This document shows, one piece after another, positions 21,688-30,067 of a DNA stretch of 49,734 nucleotides. The translations under genes were made by a program, and so were the position numbers. Numbering within the stretch: the first letter of the stretch is position 1; every line of letters starts with the position of its first letter. Origin of the DNA: an uncultured archaeon (GTDB taxonomy: Archaea > Thermoproteota > Bathyarchaeia > Bathyarchaeales > Bathycorpusculaceae); contig CAWALK010000002.1 in assembly GCA_963782915.1 (NCBI GenBank), positions 1-49,734 of the forward strand, read 5' to 3'. A model generated the notes under the pieces. That model had not been told where the DNA came from, ran no database searches, and saw only the letters and a program-made list of their open reading frames with translations.

Positions 21688-21982
21688 TTGCATGAGTTTA
21701 GGCAAGTAGCCCTATTGGGTTTGATATTGGGTATTATTCTTGAGGCAGCAGGTTTTGTTTCCCTTGTTAATTATTTTGCTAACGATGTTGTGTATAATTA
21801 TTTGCTAGGTGGTATTGGCGTAATCGTTGTTGGTATAATGTTTCTTGCTAAGTCTGTGCCTGTGTTTATTCCCATTAAGCAGCAACAGTCTGTTTCTAAG
21901 GTTTGCCCAAACTGTGCAGCTTTAATTGAAGAGAATGCTAACAGTCTGTGAGAAATGTAAGCAACAAATAACTGAGAATTAA
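21688..21982 (+). CDS. Two-TM protein with C-terminal zinc ribbon (unit R2-R3); indel near 21945
   Basis: CPNC, then CEKC in a shifted frame, ending TEN* inside R3. Confidence 0.65.
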
Positions 21983-22057
21983 CCATTAAGAACTAGTTTT
22001 TGGAGCCCTATCTACTTCTAAGTAAATTATATAACATAACAAACTCATTAGTCCAAT

Positions 22058-22662
22058 ATGGCTAGAATGGGTAAATATCAATTATTATACTTAGTTGTAC
22101 TCTTAGTGGTCTCATAGCTTATTATTGATTGAATCTACTAAAGCGCAGATTGAACAAGTTCCTACTTATTGTGATATTTTTGTAGATGATATTGTTGAAG
22201 GACAACCTGTAACAGCAACAATCCAAATGTCTCCTTCAACACCAACTGGAGAAGGTTACACTCAATTAATTGTGTATTTAAAGTCTCCAAATGGCGTTGG
22301 ACCATCAAGCCCAAATGGTCCTTGGGTATACACTAATATTCCAACAGCCCCAAACGGCAGGGCTACAGTAACTTTTGATGTACCTACTTATAGTGGCAAA
22401 TGGTATGTATTTGTGGATTTTGGAGGTCACTCTTATGCTAACTATTCAATGTTTTATTTTGGAGGCACTTGGCAAAAAGAATTTACTGTTAATCCAGTTA
22501 CAACTCCAACACCTAATAGCACAACTACTCCCACTCCAGCTTCTATACCATGCTCCAACCTAAGTCCCAGAGTTTCCCATAACACTCTCATTGGTTGCAG
22601 TTCTAGCTGCTGTGAGTCTATTGCTGATATTAGGTAAGAGAAAGCTAAGTTTCACCTATTGA
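22058..22662 (+). pseudogene. Secreted Ig-like surface protein with PT linker and PEF-CTERM tail (unit R3-R4); disrupted
   Basis: Broken signal peptide; beta-rich core; TPTP linker; PEFPITLSLVAVLAAVSLLLILGKRKLSFTY* with TGA inside R4. Confidence 0.65.
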
Positions 22663-22682
22663 GAACTAGTTTTAACAGATAT

Positions 22683-22880
22683 ATGGAGCATTATTGGTTA
22701 TTACCTTGAAGTTGGTGTGACATTCTTTGCAGTTGTATATTTCTATTTTGAAGCATTGATTCTTTAGTGCTCTTGTAGGTTGGTTAATTTCTTTTCCACA
22801 ATTAGTACAATGGGTCAAAGGTATCAATTTGTTTATGGTTGAATAGAGATATGGCTTTTATGAATTCAAAATACACTTAA
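22683..22880 (+). pseudogene. Decayed small membrane-protein gene (unit R4-R5)
   Basis: Hydrophobic fragments (e.g. LEVGVTFFAVVYFYFEALIL) broken by stops. Confidence 0.35.
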
Positions 22881-23028
22881 CCAACAAACTATAAGGTAAT
22901 TTTCGGAGCGCAAAAATGCAATCAAGTAAAATATAACTTACAATTAGCTAAGTTCCGTTATAGCTTACCGTCTGTTTTGGTGTTGGGTTATAGTTTGGGT
23001 TGTAGGTGGGTTGTAGAAAGATTTTCAA

Positions 23029-23317
23029 GTGCAAGCACAAACAGGCTACTACGCCATAACTCAAAAGCCAGGACCTATACCTGGCGGACTTATTCAATTG
23101 CCTTCTGACTATACATCGATTACTTTTAATGAATCGAAAGCAAGTGATTGGAGCAATCCAATAACAGTTGACCTGAGTAAAATGGCTGTGGTAACTCCAA
23201 CCCCAACTCCCAATATACCAGAGTTTCCAATAACAATATTATTGGTTACAGTTCTAGTCTGCTGTTAGTCTATTGCTGATAATAGGTAAGAGAAAGCTAA
23301 TAGCAATCAACCATTAA
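23029..23317 (+). pseudogene. C-terminal fragment of a PEF-CTERM surface protein (unit R5-R6)
   Basis: SDWSNPITV, TPTPTPNIPEFPITILLV; shifted tail GKRKLIAINH* with TAA inside R6; no N-terminus. Confidence 0.6.
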
Positions 23318-23320
23318 GAT

Positions 23321-23542
23321 CTATTTTTTGAGCGTAGAAGGTGTGAGTGATTGTTGGTGTTTTTTCCAATCATTCTTTCTATCAATATGATAAGCAATAC
23401 CAATTAACGATAAAACAACAACTATAATAATCAAAGGAAAAAGGTTCATGTTGATAAGGCCATCAAATTGTCCATCTACAACGATGAGAATTGATAACAT
23501 TATAGTAAATAAGGTAATTTCTGGGGTTGGGCTAGCCAGCAC
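23321..23542 (-). CDS. Small two-TM membrane protein convergent on R6
   Basis: Hydrophobic helices; last codons and TAG lie inside R6. Confidence 0.5.
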   Translation of the reverse strand: MLASPTPEITLFTIMLSILIVVDGQFDGLINMNLFPLIIIVVVLSLIGIAYHIDRKNDWKKHQQSLTPSTLKK

Positions 23543-23586
23543 ACATTTATATCATAAGACAGCCCATTCATGAAAGGAGATCACCC

Positions 23587-23829
23587 ATGCAAGCCCTCAC
23601 AAAAAAAGCGGACCCCAAAATTCTCCAACTATTCCCAAGCCTCAACAGCACAAGCTCAGCAAACAATGCAGAGAAAAAAGCCGTCCTTCAACGAGTAGCT
23701 TGCTTAAAGGTTATCGGCGACAACGGCCCCGCCAGCACCTCGGATTTAGCCGTCAAACTCAAGGTTCCCCGAACTCAAGCAGCAAAAACCGCCAAAGAAT
23801 TGGCCTGCTTTATCGCTAATCAAGGCTGA
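23587..23829 (+). CDS. Small winged-HTH protein
   Basis: GPASTSDLAVKLKVPRTQAAKTAKEL; strong AGGAG RBS. Confidence 0.6.
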   Translation: MQALTKKADPKILQLFPSLNSTSSANNAEKKAVLQRVACLKVIGDNGPASTSDLAVKLKVPRTQAAKTAKELACFIANQG

Positions 23830-23936
23830 AAAAAACACAGAGAACCACCCATTTACACTCTGACAACAGCCGGCTTTGTTGCTTTAGCGGCTTTTGATGA
23901 AATTCGGATTGGACAAAGATTAAGTCAGCTTTAGCG

Positions 23937-24542
23937 GTGCCCCAGAAAAAAAATGACCCCCTGGCGTATGCGCTTCTGGTTGTTGGTTTCTGCGCTAACA
24001 AACCCGACGGCGTCTACCAAGCCCTATGCCGATATGGTGCTCAAGGGAACACATTCGAAAATATTCCAGCGGATGTTTCAGCGGAGGCATTGCTGAAGTT
24101 TTACCGCCAAGAACTGCGAGCCCAAAGCCCAGTGCCGCCCATATATCTGAGTGTTTTTAAGGAATTCACCACCGCAGGCTTCCAAGAAGTCTTCAAAATG
24201 CTACTGCTCGCCATTAAGCCGACTGCTGAGGATTACAATTGGCTTGTAGAATTCTTCAACGAGGTATCTGAATTCTATTTTGACCCTGCACGAATCGCTT
24301 TCGTCAACCTGCTGCCCCAAAGTGAAAAGTTACGGAAAGACTTGGATGACTTCAAGAAAGCCCAAGACCAACAAATCAAAAAGCAAAACGGCAACCTCGA
24401 AGTAACCTTCACAATCCCCGGTTCAGGCTTCTCCAAAATCGATGCCATGCCACCTCATCTGCGGGCAATAGGAATGAGGCTGATTCTTGAACCAGTCAAA
24501 TTCATAAATAAAGAATTGGTTGATTATTTCTGGGCAAAATAA
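23937..24542 (+). CDS. Hypothetical helical protein
   Basis: 201-aa ORF; no family recognised. Confidence 0.65.
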   Translation: MPQKKNDPLAYALLVVGFCANKPDGVYQALCRYGAQGNTFENIPADVSAEALLKFYRQELRAQSPVPPIYLSVFKEFTTAGFQEVFKMLLLAIKPTAEDYNWLVEFFNEVSEFYFDPARIAFVNLLPQSEKLRKDLDDFKKAQDQQIKKQNGNLEVTFTIPGSGFSKIDAMPPHLRAIGMRLILEPVKFINKELVDYFWAK

Positions 24543-24548
24543 ATTTGC

Positions 24549-25050
24549 CTAACTTTTTGCTTTGTCAGTGATTGGCGTTGTTTTAGTTAGGGCTTTTATG
24601 GCTTCTAATAATTCGGTTGAGGGTGGCGTGGGGACGATGGTTAATCGGATTAGGCTTGAGTATTCTGCTTTGTAGTTGTAGGTGTTTTGGTATTTTGCGT
24701 CTACTGTGTTGGTTTTGAAGCGGTAGCCTGCGCGGTCACTTACATTTTTTGCGGCGGTGTTTGAGGAGGTGTTTTTTGTTGTGGAGAGGGCTGTTCGGAT
24801 TTCTACGGTACTGCTTTGAATGCTTAGCAGTGTGGGTAGTACGCCGAAGGCTAAGGCGTTGCCGCTGATTTCGCGGTTTTCAGCTTTGCCCTCATTGTTT
24901 TTTGTGTAGCCAATGGTTAGGTCTGTGGCGGCTAATTCTTCGATTGCGGCTACGTAGTTTTTGTTGGCTTCATTTTGGGAAGAAACCATTGCGAGAAGTA
25001 CGTCGCGTATCAAATCGCTCAAGTGAAGCGTTTTCGTCAGTAGAGGACAT
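24549..25050 (-). CDS. DUF2589-like protein, paralog of 26085-26612; indel near the start
   Basis: Shares LLAMV-x-x-QN-x-AN, ISGNALAFG-x-LPTLL-x-IQS, TVDAKY and P-x-PP. ATG at 25050 follows a GGAG RBS, one base out of frame. Confidence 0.7.
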
Positions 25051-25065
25051 AGCGTAACTCCAGGG

Positions 25066-25818
25066 TTAAGTTGGGGTTCTGGCTACGATGCTTTTAGCGG
25101 AGTCTATAAAGCGTTTAGAATCCTCAACTGTTATGCGGTAGGTTTTGGGGACTTTGGCTTTGCCTGATTTTATGGTTTCATCCAAGATTTTGGCGAGTTC
25201 CTCAGGCGCTATCTGTGCCAGTTTCTCTTTGGAATCAATCTTGTTGGCCACAAGGAGTTCCGCGACTTGTTCGTCAACGCCATCTACGCCTGCGATGTTG
25301 CTTTTCACCATCAGTTTAGCCATGCTTACGAATTCAGCAGCTTTCTTACGGGACAAATCGGCTTTGACTAAATCATCCACTGAAGCCACAGCTAAATCAC
25401 TTACAGTTTCTATTCCTTGTGCACGGAGCCGCTCGCCAATGACTGTGCCGATGCCTTCGACCGCTTCAACGGGTCGTCTGCCGCTGGCAGGCTTAACTTC
25501 CATAGGAATAGGCCTCAACGTTAAGCTCAGGGTGCTCATGGTGTTGGGGTCAAGGTCACCCTGCTTTGTCGGTAGAGCGAACAAGGTTTTTTCTCCTTCT
25601 TGGGTAACCACGGCTTTAAGCTGTAACGTGAAATCTGCGAGCACAAAAGTAGTCGAGCGATCCTGAGCCATAGCAAAATCGTGAACACGCAAAAGATCCT
25701 TCTGAATTGAGGTTATCAGGGTTGCTGAATCTACTTTGGCAGCAAAAGAGGCTTTTGTATCAACCACTTTTTCTGCTGTTATTTTTTCTATTTTTTCTTT
25801 ACTTGCCATATTTTTCAC
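25066..25818 (-). CDS. Trypco2-like N-terminal domain fused to HhH (DUF4332-like) repeats
   Basis: LITSIQKDL...FVLADFTLQLKAVV...STLSLTLRP, then VEGIG..GERLRAQGIETVSDLA and VDGVDEQVAELL. Confidence 0.7.
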   Translation of the reverse strand: MKNMASKEKIEKITAEKVVDTKASFAAKVDSATLITSIQKDLLRVHDFAMAQDRSTTFVLADFTLQLKAVVTQEGEKTLFALPTKQGDLDPNTMSTLSLTLRPIPMEVKPASGRRPVEAVEGIGTVIGERLRAQGIETVSDLAVASVDDLVKADLSRKKAAEFVSMAKLMVKSNIAGVDGVDEQVAELLVANKIDSKEKLAQIAPEELAKILDETIKSGKAKVPKTYRITVEDSKRFIDSAKSIVARTPT

Positions 25819-26072
25819 CTATGAGTTAATTTGAATGTGAGTTTGAGTTCACTTTCGGCTTTATCGCCGTAATAGTTGAGTTCTTCTGCGTTGGAGGGCA
25901 CTACTTTGATGCCGCCATCGTTGAGGACTAAGCATTTTATGTGCAACTCGATTTGGGGAATGACGAATTGAACCGGTTGGTCTTGGGTAGCATCCAAGGC
26001 TTGATTTAAACCGTCGTTAGCTTCACTTAACAGACTGGAAATTAAAGAAAAAAGGGTTGGAGTAGAAGTCAT
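25815..26072 (-). CDS. Small Trypco2-like protein
   Basis: Helix LISSLLSEANDGL, strand FVIPQIELHIKCLV, terminal SELKLTFKL; overlaps the next gene. Confidence 0.65.
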   Translation of the reverse strand: MTSTPTLFSLISSLLSEANDGLNQALDATQDQPVQFVIPQIELHIKCLVLNDGGIKVVPSNAEELNYYGDKAESELKLTFKLTHR

Positions 26073-26084
26073 AGTGATTTACGC

Positions 26085-26612
26085 CTATGGTGTTGATGAA
26101 GCTGAAGATGATGCTGCAGCTGCTTTTGGTGTTGTGTCTTCGGTGATTTTTTCGATAGCTTTCATCAGTGCTGCTGGTGGGGGTGCTGGGCCAACTTTGA
26201 TTTCGATGAAGCTTGAGGCTTCGACCGAGTAAGAGTATTTGCTGGAGTATTTTGCGTCTACTGTTGCTGAGAAGAATGCCCATCCGCCTTTGGCACTCAT
26301 CTTGACTTCTGCCTCAGTTGTCTTCTGCATCGTGATGACCATTTTGATTTGGATGGTTCCGCTTTGTATTTGCAGCAGCGTGGGGAGTATACCGAAAGCT
26401 AAGGCGTTGCCGCTGATTGTGGTTTTTGTGCTGGATGAGTCGCCGGCTTTGGTGTAGGTTAAGTTGACGGGGGTTTCAACGAGGTCTTGTACGCCTTCGA
26501 TGAAGGATGTGTTTGCGTCGTTTTGCGCTGCGACCATTGCTAAGAGTAGGTTGCGTATCATCTGATCGAATGGTACACTTGCTAGTTCTGTTCCTATTGA
26601 TAATGCAGACAT
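26085..26612 (-). CDS. DUF2589-like protein
   Basis: ELASVPFDQMI...AMVAAQ start; long S/T-rich beta hairpin; PAPPPAALMKAI end; GAGG RBS. Confidence 0.72.
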   Translation of the reverse strand: MSALSIGTELASVPFDQMIRNLLLAMVAAQNDANTSFIEGVQDLVETPVNLTYTKAGDSSSTKTTISGNALAFGILPTLLQIQSGTIQIKMVITMQKTTEAEVKMSAKGGWAFFSATVDAKYSSKYSYSVEASSFIEIKVGPAPPPAALMKAIEKITEDTTPKAAAASSSASSTP

Positions 26613-26757
26613 TTTATGTCATTCCTCAAAGAGGATATCGCTTGCTTCGCTATTTAAGACTTGAGAAATGCTAGTGAAGAGAATCTGTGTCCAACACAAC
26701 TACAACAAAACAGAACCAAAATAAAAATAATGAAATAAAAATATTTAAATTAAGTAA

Positions 26758-26785
26758 TAAAAAGGCTAAACTACGGGGTTTAGCT
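26758..26785 (-). terminator. Hairpin plus U-tract after the small ORF
   Basis: Minus strand reads GCTAAAC-CCCGTA-GTTTAGC-CTTTTTA. Confidence 0.5.
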
Positions 26786-26917
26786 GGATTCTTTCTGTTT
26801 CTTAACAGTGTTTACGTAAGTCTTCTTTGTGTTTTTCTTCCTATAGTCACAGTGAGGACGAACGGATGATTTACATCTTCGGCAGTTTTTAACTAAACCT
26901 ACTCTTAATTGACACAT
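26780..26917 (-). CDS. Unannotated 45-aa basic Cys-rich microprotein
   Basis: MCQLRVGLVKNCRRCKSSVRPHCDYRKKNTKKTYVNTVKKQKESS; A-rich leader upstream and terminator downstream. Confidence 0.5.
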   Translation of the reverse strand: MCQLRVGLVKNCRRCKSSVRPHCDYRKKNTKKTYVNTVKKQKESS

Positions 26918-27268
26918 ATTTTTTTTCTCTTTATTTTTTAGAAAAGAATCAATTATTCAATCAGTGATTAAGTCCAAGAGGATAAAGGAAACTCTTCACG
27001 CACTCAAATGACCACGCCCCATATAAGGCTTAAAAAAAATATCTGTTTTTTCCCAAAGAAAAAAGCAATTAACCCATTTCCGGCAAAAAGGCGCAATTTA
27101 GAAGTTTTTTCTAAGTTGCAGGCAAAAACGGTTTTTTTAGGCGCATACCCTAATATAGCACAAAAACGCATTTAGTGATATTAGAATTCTTTAGAGGAAG
27201 AGTAACCAAGATTATCACTTGCTTTTTCTGGATTATTCTATTAGAAAGCGATAATCGAAGGTTAAAAA

Positions 27269-27574
27269 ATGGGTAAAAGAAAAATAACAAACGAGAGTAA
27301 TCAAGATAGCATGGTTCTACCTTCCTCAAACGATGTCTTGGGCATAGCAGTAAAAATGCTGGGTGCCGATAGAATCATGGTTAAATGCCAAGATGGACAA
27401 GAAAGATTATGCCGCATACGGGGCAAACTAAAAAGACGCGTATGGATTCGTGAAGGCGACATAGTCTTGGTTTCTCCTTGGGATTTCCAAACTGACCAAA
27501 GAGGAGACATCTTTTGGCGGTACAGAAAAAACCAGTCAGATTGGCTACGAAGCCACAATTACTTAACAATGTGA
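27269..27574 (+). CDS. eif1a: Translation initiation factor aIF-1A
   Basis: KMLGADR, CRIRGKLKRRVWIREGDIVLVSPWDFQ, RGDI-x-WRY. Confidence 0.96.
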   Translation: MGKRKITNESNQDSMVLPSSNDVLGIAVKMLGADRIMVKCQDGQERLCRIRGKLKRRVWIREGDIVLVSPWDFQTDQRGDIFWRYRKNQSDWLRSHNYLTM

Positions 27575-27584
27575 GGGCTATAAG

Positions 27585-27755
27585 ATAATACTCAAATGCG
27601 TTGAATGTGGAAACACATTCCTAAAAGACCGCCTTGTTGAGGGCGAAACAGTTACTTGCCCTGTTTGCGATGCAAACTATAGAGCAGTAGTTAAAGATGG
27701 AAAAGTCCGCCTTGAAGATTTTGAATTCGAAGAAGGCGACCTTGGCGAATTTTAA
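27585..27755 (+). CDS. LysW-like zinc-ribbon small protein, probable ATA start
   Basis: (M)ILKCVECGNTFLKDRLVEGETVTCPVCDANYRAVVKDGKVRLEDFEFEEGDLGEF; GTGAGGG RBS; in-frame TAA at 27564 and no ATG/GTG/TTG between it and the CxxC. Confidence 0.75.
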   Translation: MILKCVECGNTFLKDRLVEGETVTCPVCDANYRAVVKDGKVRLEDFEFEEGDLGEF

Positions 27756-27979
27756 CCGCCAACTCACCAAACTTATTTTTTAAGCATAAAAGGCCGATGA
27801 TTTAGCGGTTTAAAGTTGAGCAGTTATCGAATTCTAAATATATCCAACAATTGCTTATCGTCAAATTAGTTATTTGATTATTTTTCGTATCGAATCCGGT
27901 TTTCTTTACCGTCAAAATATACATAGAGAATACCATATAGATATTAAGTCGGTTCCACATCTTCTAATCCTCTTCAGGA

Positions 27980-28420
27980 TTGTCTGGTTCTATGGAATGT
28001 CGCTTGCAAGTTTTTAAAAGGGACCCAGTGGATAGTAGCCTAGCAAAGACCTACCGCTTTGCTGTTTTAGATTCAAGCAAATCAAAAGAATACCCCGCTA
28101 ACTTTGTCTGCATGTTACCAGTAAAAGTAGAGCAAGGAAGCGGAAAAAGCGCAAACGTATTCGGCGAAATTTTCGGAGAAAAAAGCTTAGTCGTCGCCAT
28201 TGAACTGCTAAATAAAGCCCTCAAAAACGAAAGCGACGACGAAGTGAAATTGGAAATTGAGCGACGAATAAAACTAATAGATCCACTTCAATCCAAACTC
28301 GTAAAATGCAGTGTATGCAAAAAAACCTTCCAACCCGTAAAATTCAGAAGGTATAAGCAGAACTTCTGTGAAACCTGCTTAAAGACCCGTTATAAGCAAA
28401 GATATACACAAAATGTTTAA
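27980..28420 (+). CDS. Hypothetical protein with C-terminal C4 zinc finger
   Basis: CSVC...CETC. Confidence 0.7.
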   Translation: MSGSMECRLQVFKRDPVDSSLAKTYRFAVLDSSKSKEYPANFVCMLPVKVEQGSGKSANVFGEIFGEKSLVVAIELLNKALKNESDDEVKLEIERRIKLIDPLQSKLVKCSVCKKTFQPVKFRRYKQNFCETCLKTRYKQRYTQNV

Positions 28421-28497
28421 GTCGAAGGAATTACCATTCTTCATGGTTAATCGCCGGCTATTTTTCCATAGTCCAAAATTAACGGGAGAAAAAAATT

Positions 28498-28707
28498 ATG
28501 TCTCAAAATGTCTCAACTCAAATAAAATGTAGTGACTGCGGAAAGACGGCCACTGTCCCTTTCAAACCTTCAGCTAATAAACCAGTTTACTGTCGTGAAT
28601 GCTTATCGAAGCACATGACAAAGCGTCCTGATACAAGAGGCACTCAAAGCTCTGGTCCTGAGAATGAGAAGCAGGCTTGGTCTAGACGCAGAAATACTTG
28701 GAAATAA
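28498..28707 (+). CDS. CxxC-x17-CxxC zinc-ribbon protein
   Basis: CSDCGKTATVPFKPSANKPVYCREC. Confidence 0.85.
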   Translation: MSQNVSTQIKCSDCGKTATVPFKPSANKPVYCRECLSKHMTKRPDTRGTQSSGPENEKQAWSRRRNTWK

Positions 28708-28832
28708 TAAATTTCCATTTTCAAATACTTTTAATCATTAAGCATTAACTTTCCTTTTTAAGAAACCATTGATCGATTCCTCGGCAGCTTTTGCGAATAT
28801 TTTAAAAGCAAAAACACAGTTAACGCTCCTTT

Positions 28833-29642
28833 ATGCAAAACATAAACCCCATCTTCATCCTCCAACCCATCCTCACCATAGCCATCGCCACCGCCCTGAT
28901 GCTTTACTGGTACAAAAAACGCCACTTCCACGGAACCGTATGGCTATATTCACTCGCCGCCTACGCAGTTGCCATCGCCTTAAAGTACGCAGTTCAGTTA
29001 CCAACCATCAACTTTGTTATCGATACCTTTGGCGCAAATAGCGTTGGGTTAGGTATTTACTATGGCGTGCAGACCATGGTTTTTGAGGTGGGGTTAGCTT
29101 TTGCAGTGGCTTATTTCGCTGTTAAACATTCAAAGTTGGATAGAAGGGATGCTGAAGCTTACGGTTCAGGATTAGGGTTCTGGGAAAACGTAGGTTTTCT
29201 GAGTGTTCTCTCGCTGATCAACTTAGTTGCATATTACGTAATCTTGTCAGGCAGTGGGTCAATCGCAGACCTAACCTATAACCAACTGATTACTAATACG
29301 CCTGATCTTTTCTCATCCAACATTCAAGCACTTGGGCTAGTAGGCATCGGAGTCCTTGAACGCACCTCGTCGCTGATGATTCATGTGGCTTGGGGCTACC
29401 TCTGCTTCATGGCAGTACTTTATCACAAAAAACGCCTGTTTGCCATTGCGTTGCCCATGGGTTTAGTGGATTTTCTAGTTCCTTTCGCCAAAAATAACGT
29501 AATCCTGTTTGAGGCTGCTGTGTTTGCTTTGGCGGTTCTTTCGGTATTTGTAGCGTGGTATGCAACCAAGGATTTACGAAAAGATGTTAAGGCGTTTCCG
29601 ACAGCGCCTCCGCCACCGCTTACTACGCAACAGATTAATTGA
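28833..29642 (+). CDS. YhfC/PrsW-like intramembrane glutamic protease
   Basis: Multi-TM; VFEVG, YGSGLGFWEN, LERTSSLMIH. Confidence 0.75.
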   Translation: MQNINPIFILQPILTIAIATALMLYWYKKRHFHGTVWLYSLAAYAVAIALKYAVQLPTINFVIDTFGANSVGLGIYYGVQTMVFEVGLAFAVAYFAVKHSKLDRRDAEAYGSGLGFWENVGFLSVLSLINLVAYYVILSGSGSIADLTYNQLITNTPDLFSSNIQALGLVGIGVLERTSSLMIHVAWGYLCFMAVLYHKKRLFAIALPMGLVDFLVPFAKNNVILFEAAVFALAVLSVFVAWYATKDLRKDVKAFPTAPPPPLTTQQIN

Positions 29643-29669
29643 AAAGAAAAAAAGATTAGAAAAATCGAA

Positions 29670-29927
29670 TTATTTTTGCCAGTCATAATTTGAGAATTCT
29701 ATGGCATCGATTATTCTTTCCGAGAAATCATGCGCTTCGCATTGATCGCAGTACATGACAAAGCCGTCGAATGAGAAGAAGTACATGTTTTTTCTGCGGT
29801 AAATAATTCGGGGTTTTGCTGTTTGAACTACTTCTAGAAAGTTTTGGCGGTCAAATTTTACTCGGTATGAGCTGGCTGCGCCGCCGCTTGCCGCCGAAGA
29901 TGCTGCTACCATTACTCCATCAGACAT
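29670..29927 (-). CDS. Small hypothetical protein
   Basis: GGTGA RBS; Ala/Ser/Gly-rich N-terminus. Confidence 0.6.
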   Translation of the reverse strand: MSDGVMVAASSAASGGAASSYRVKFDRQNFLEVVQTAKPRIIYRRKNMYFFSFDGFVMYCDQCEAHDFSERIIDAIEFSNYDWQK

Positions 29928-30067
29928 TTCATTTATTCACCTAAACGTCACTATAGTTGGGTGTGGATTTAATGGTTATCTAACAATTCTCTATAGCGCT
30001 ATATAGTATCAACGCTGGAAAGGCTTATCTCATAAACGCTTGCTATACAACCGTGAAGGCTTACAGT

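Larger units (their letters stand above)
20776..23334 (+). repeat. Array of seven related inter-gene sites (R0 20776-20806, R1 21187-21217, R2 21573-21602, R3 21976-22007, R4 22652-22689, R5 22877-22910, R6 23304-23334)
   Basis: R1 CAATCAACCATTAAGAACAAGTTTTGGAGCG; R3 GAATTAACCATTAAGAACTAGTTTTTGGAGCC; R6 CAATCAACCATTAAGATCTATTTTTTGAGCG. R0, R2, R4 and R5 are degenerate. Confidence 0.75.

Noticed and set aside
22828-22843. Reverse-oriented half sites TTTATGGTTGA (similar at 11237, 21266, 29968)
   Set aside because: Only one arm matches, and two coincide with ATG-GTT-GA gene starts; probably chance.
20776-23334. CRISPR array or classical integron
   Set aside because: Units are 225-675 bp and contain genes, the repeats are degenerate, and there are no cas genes, intI or attC-type long hairpins.
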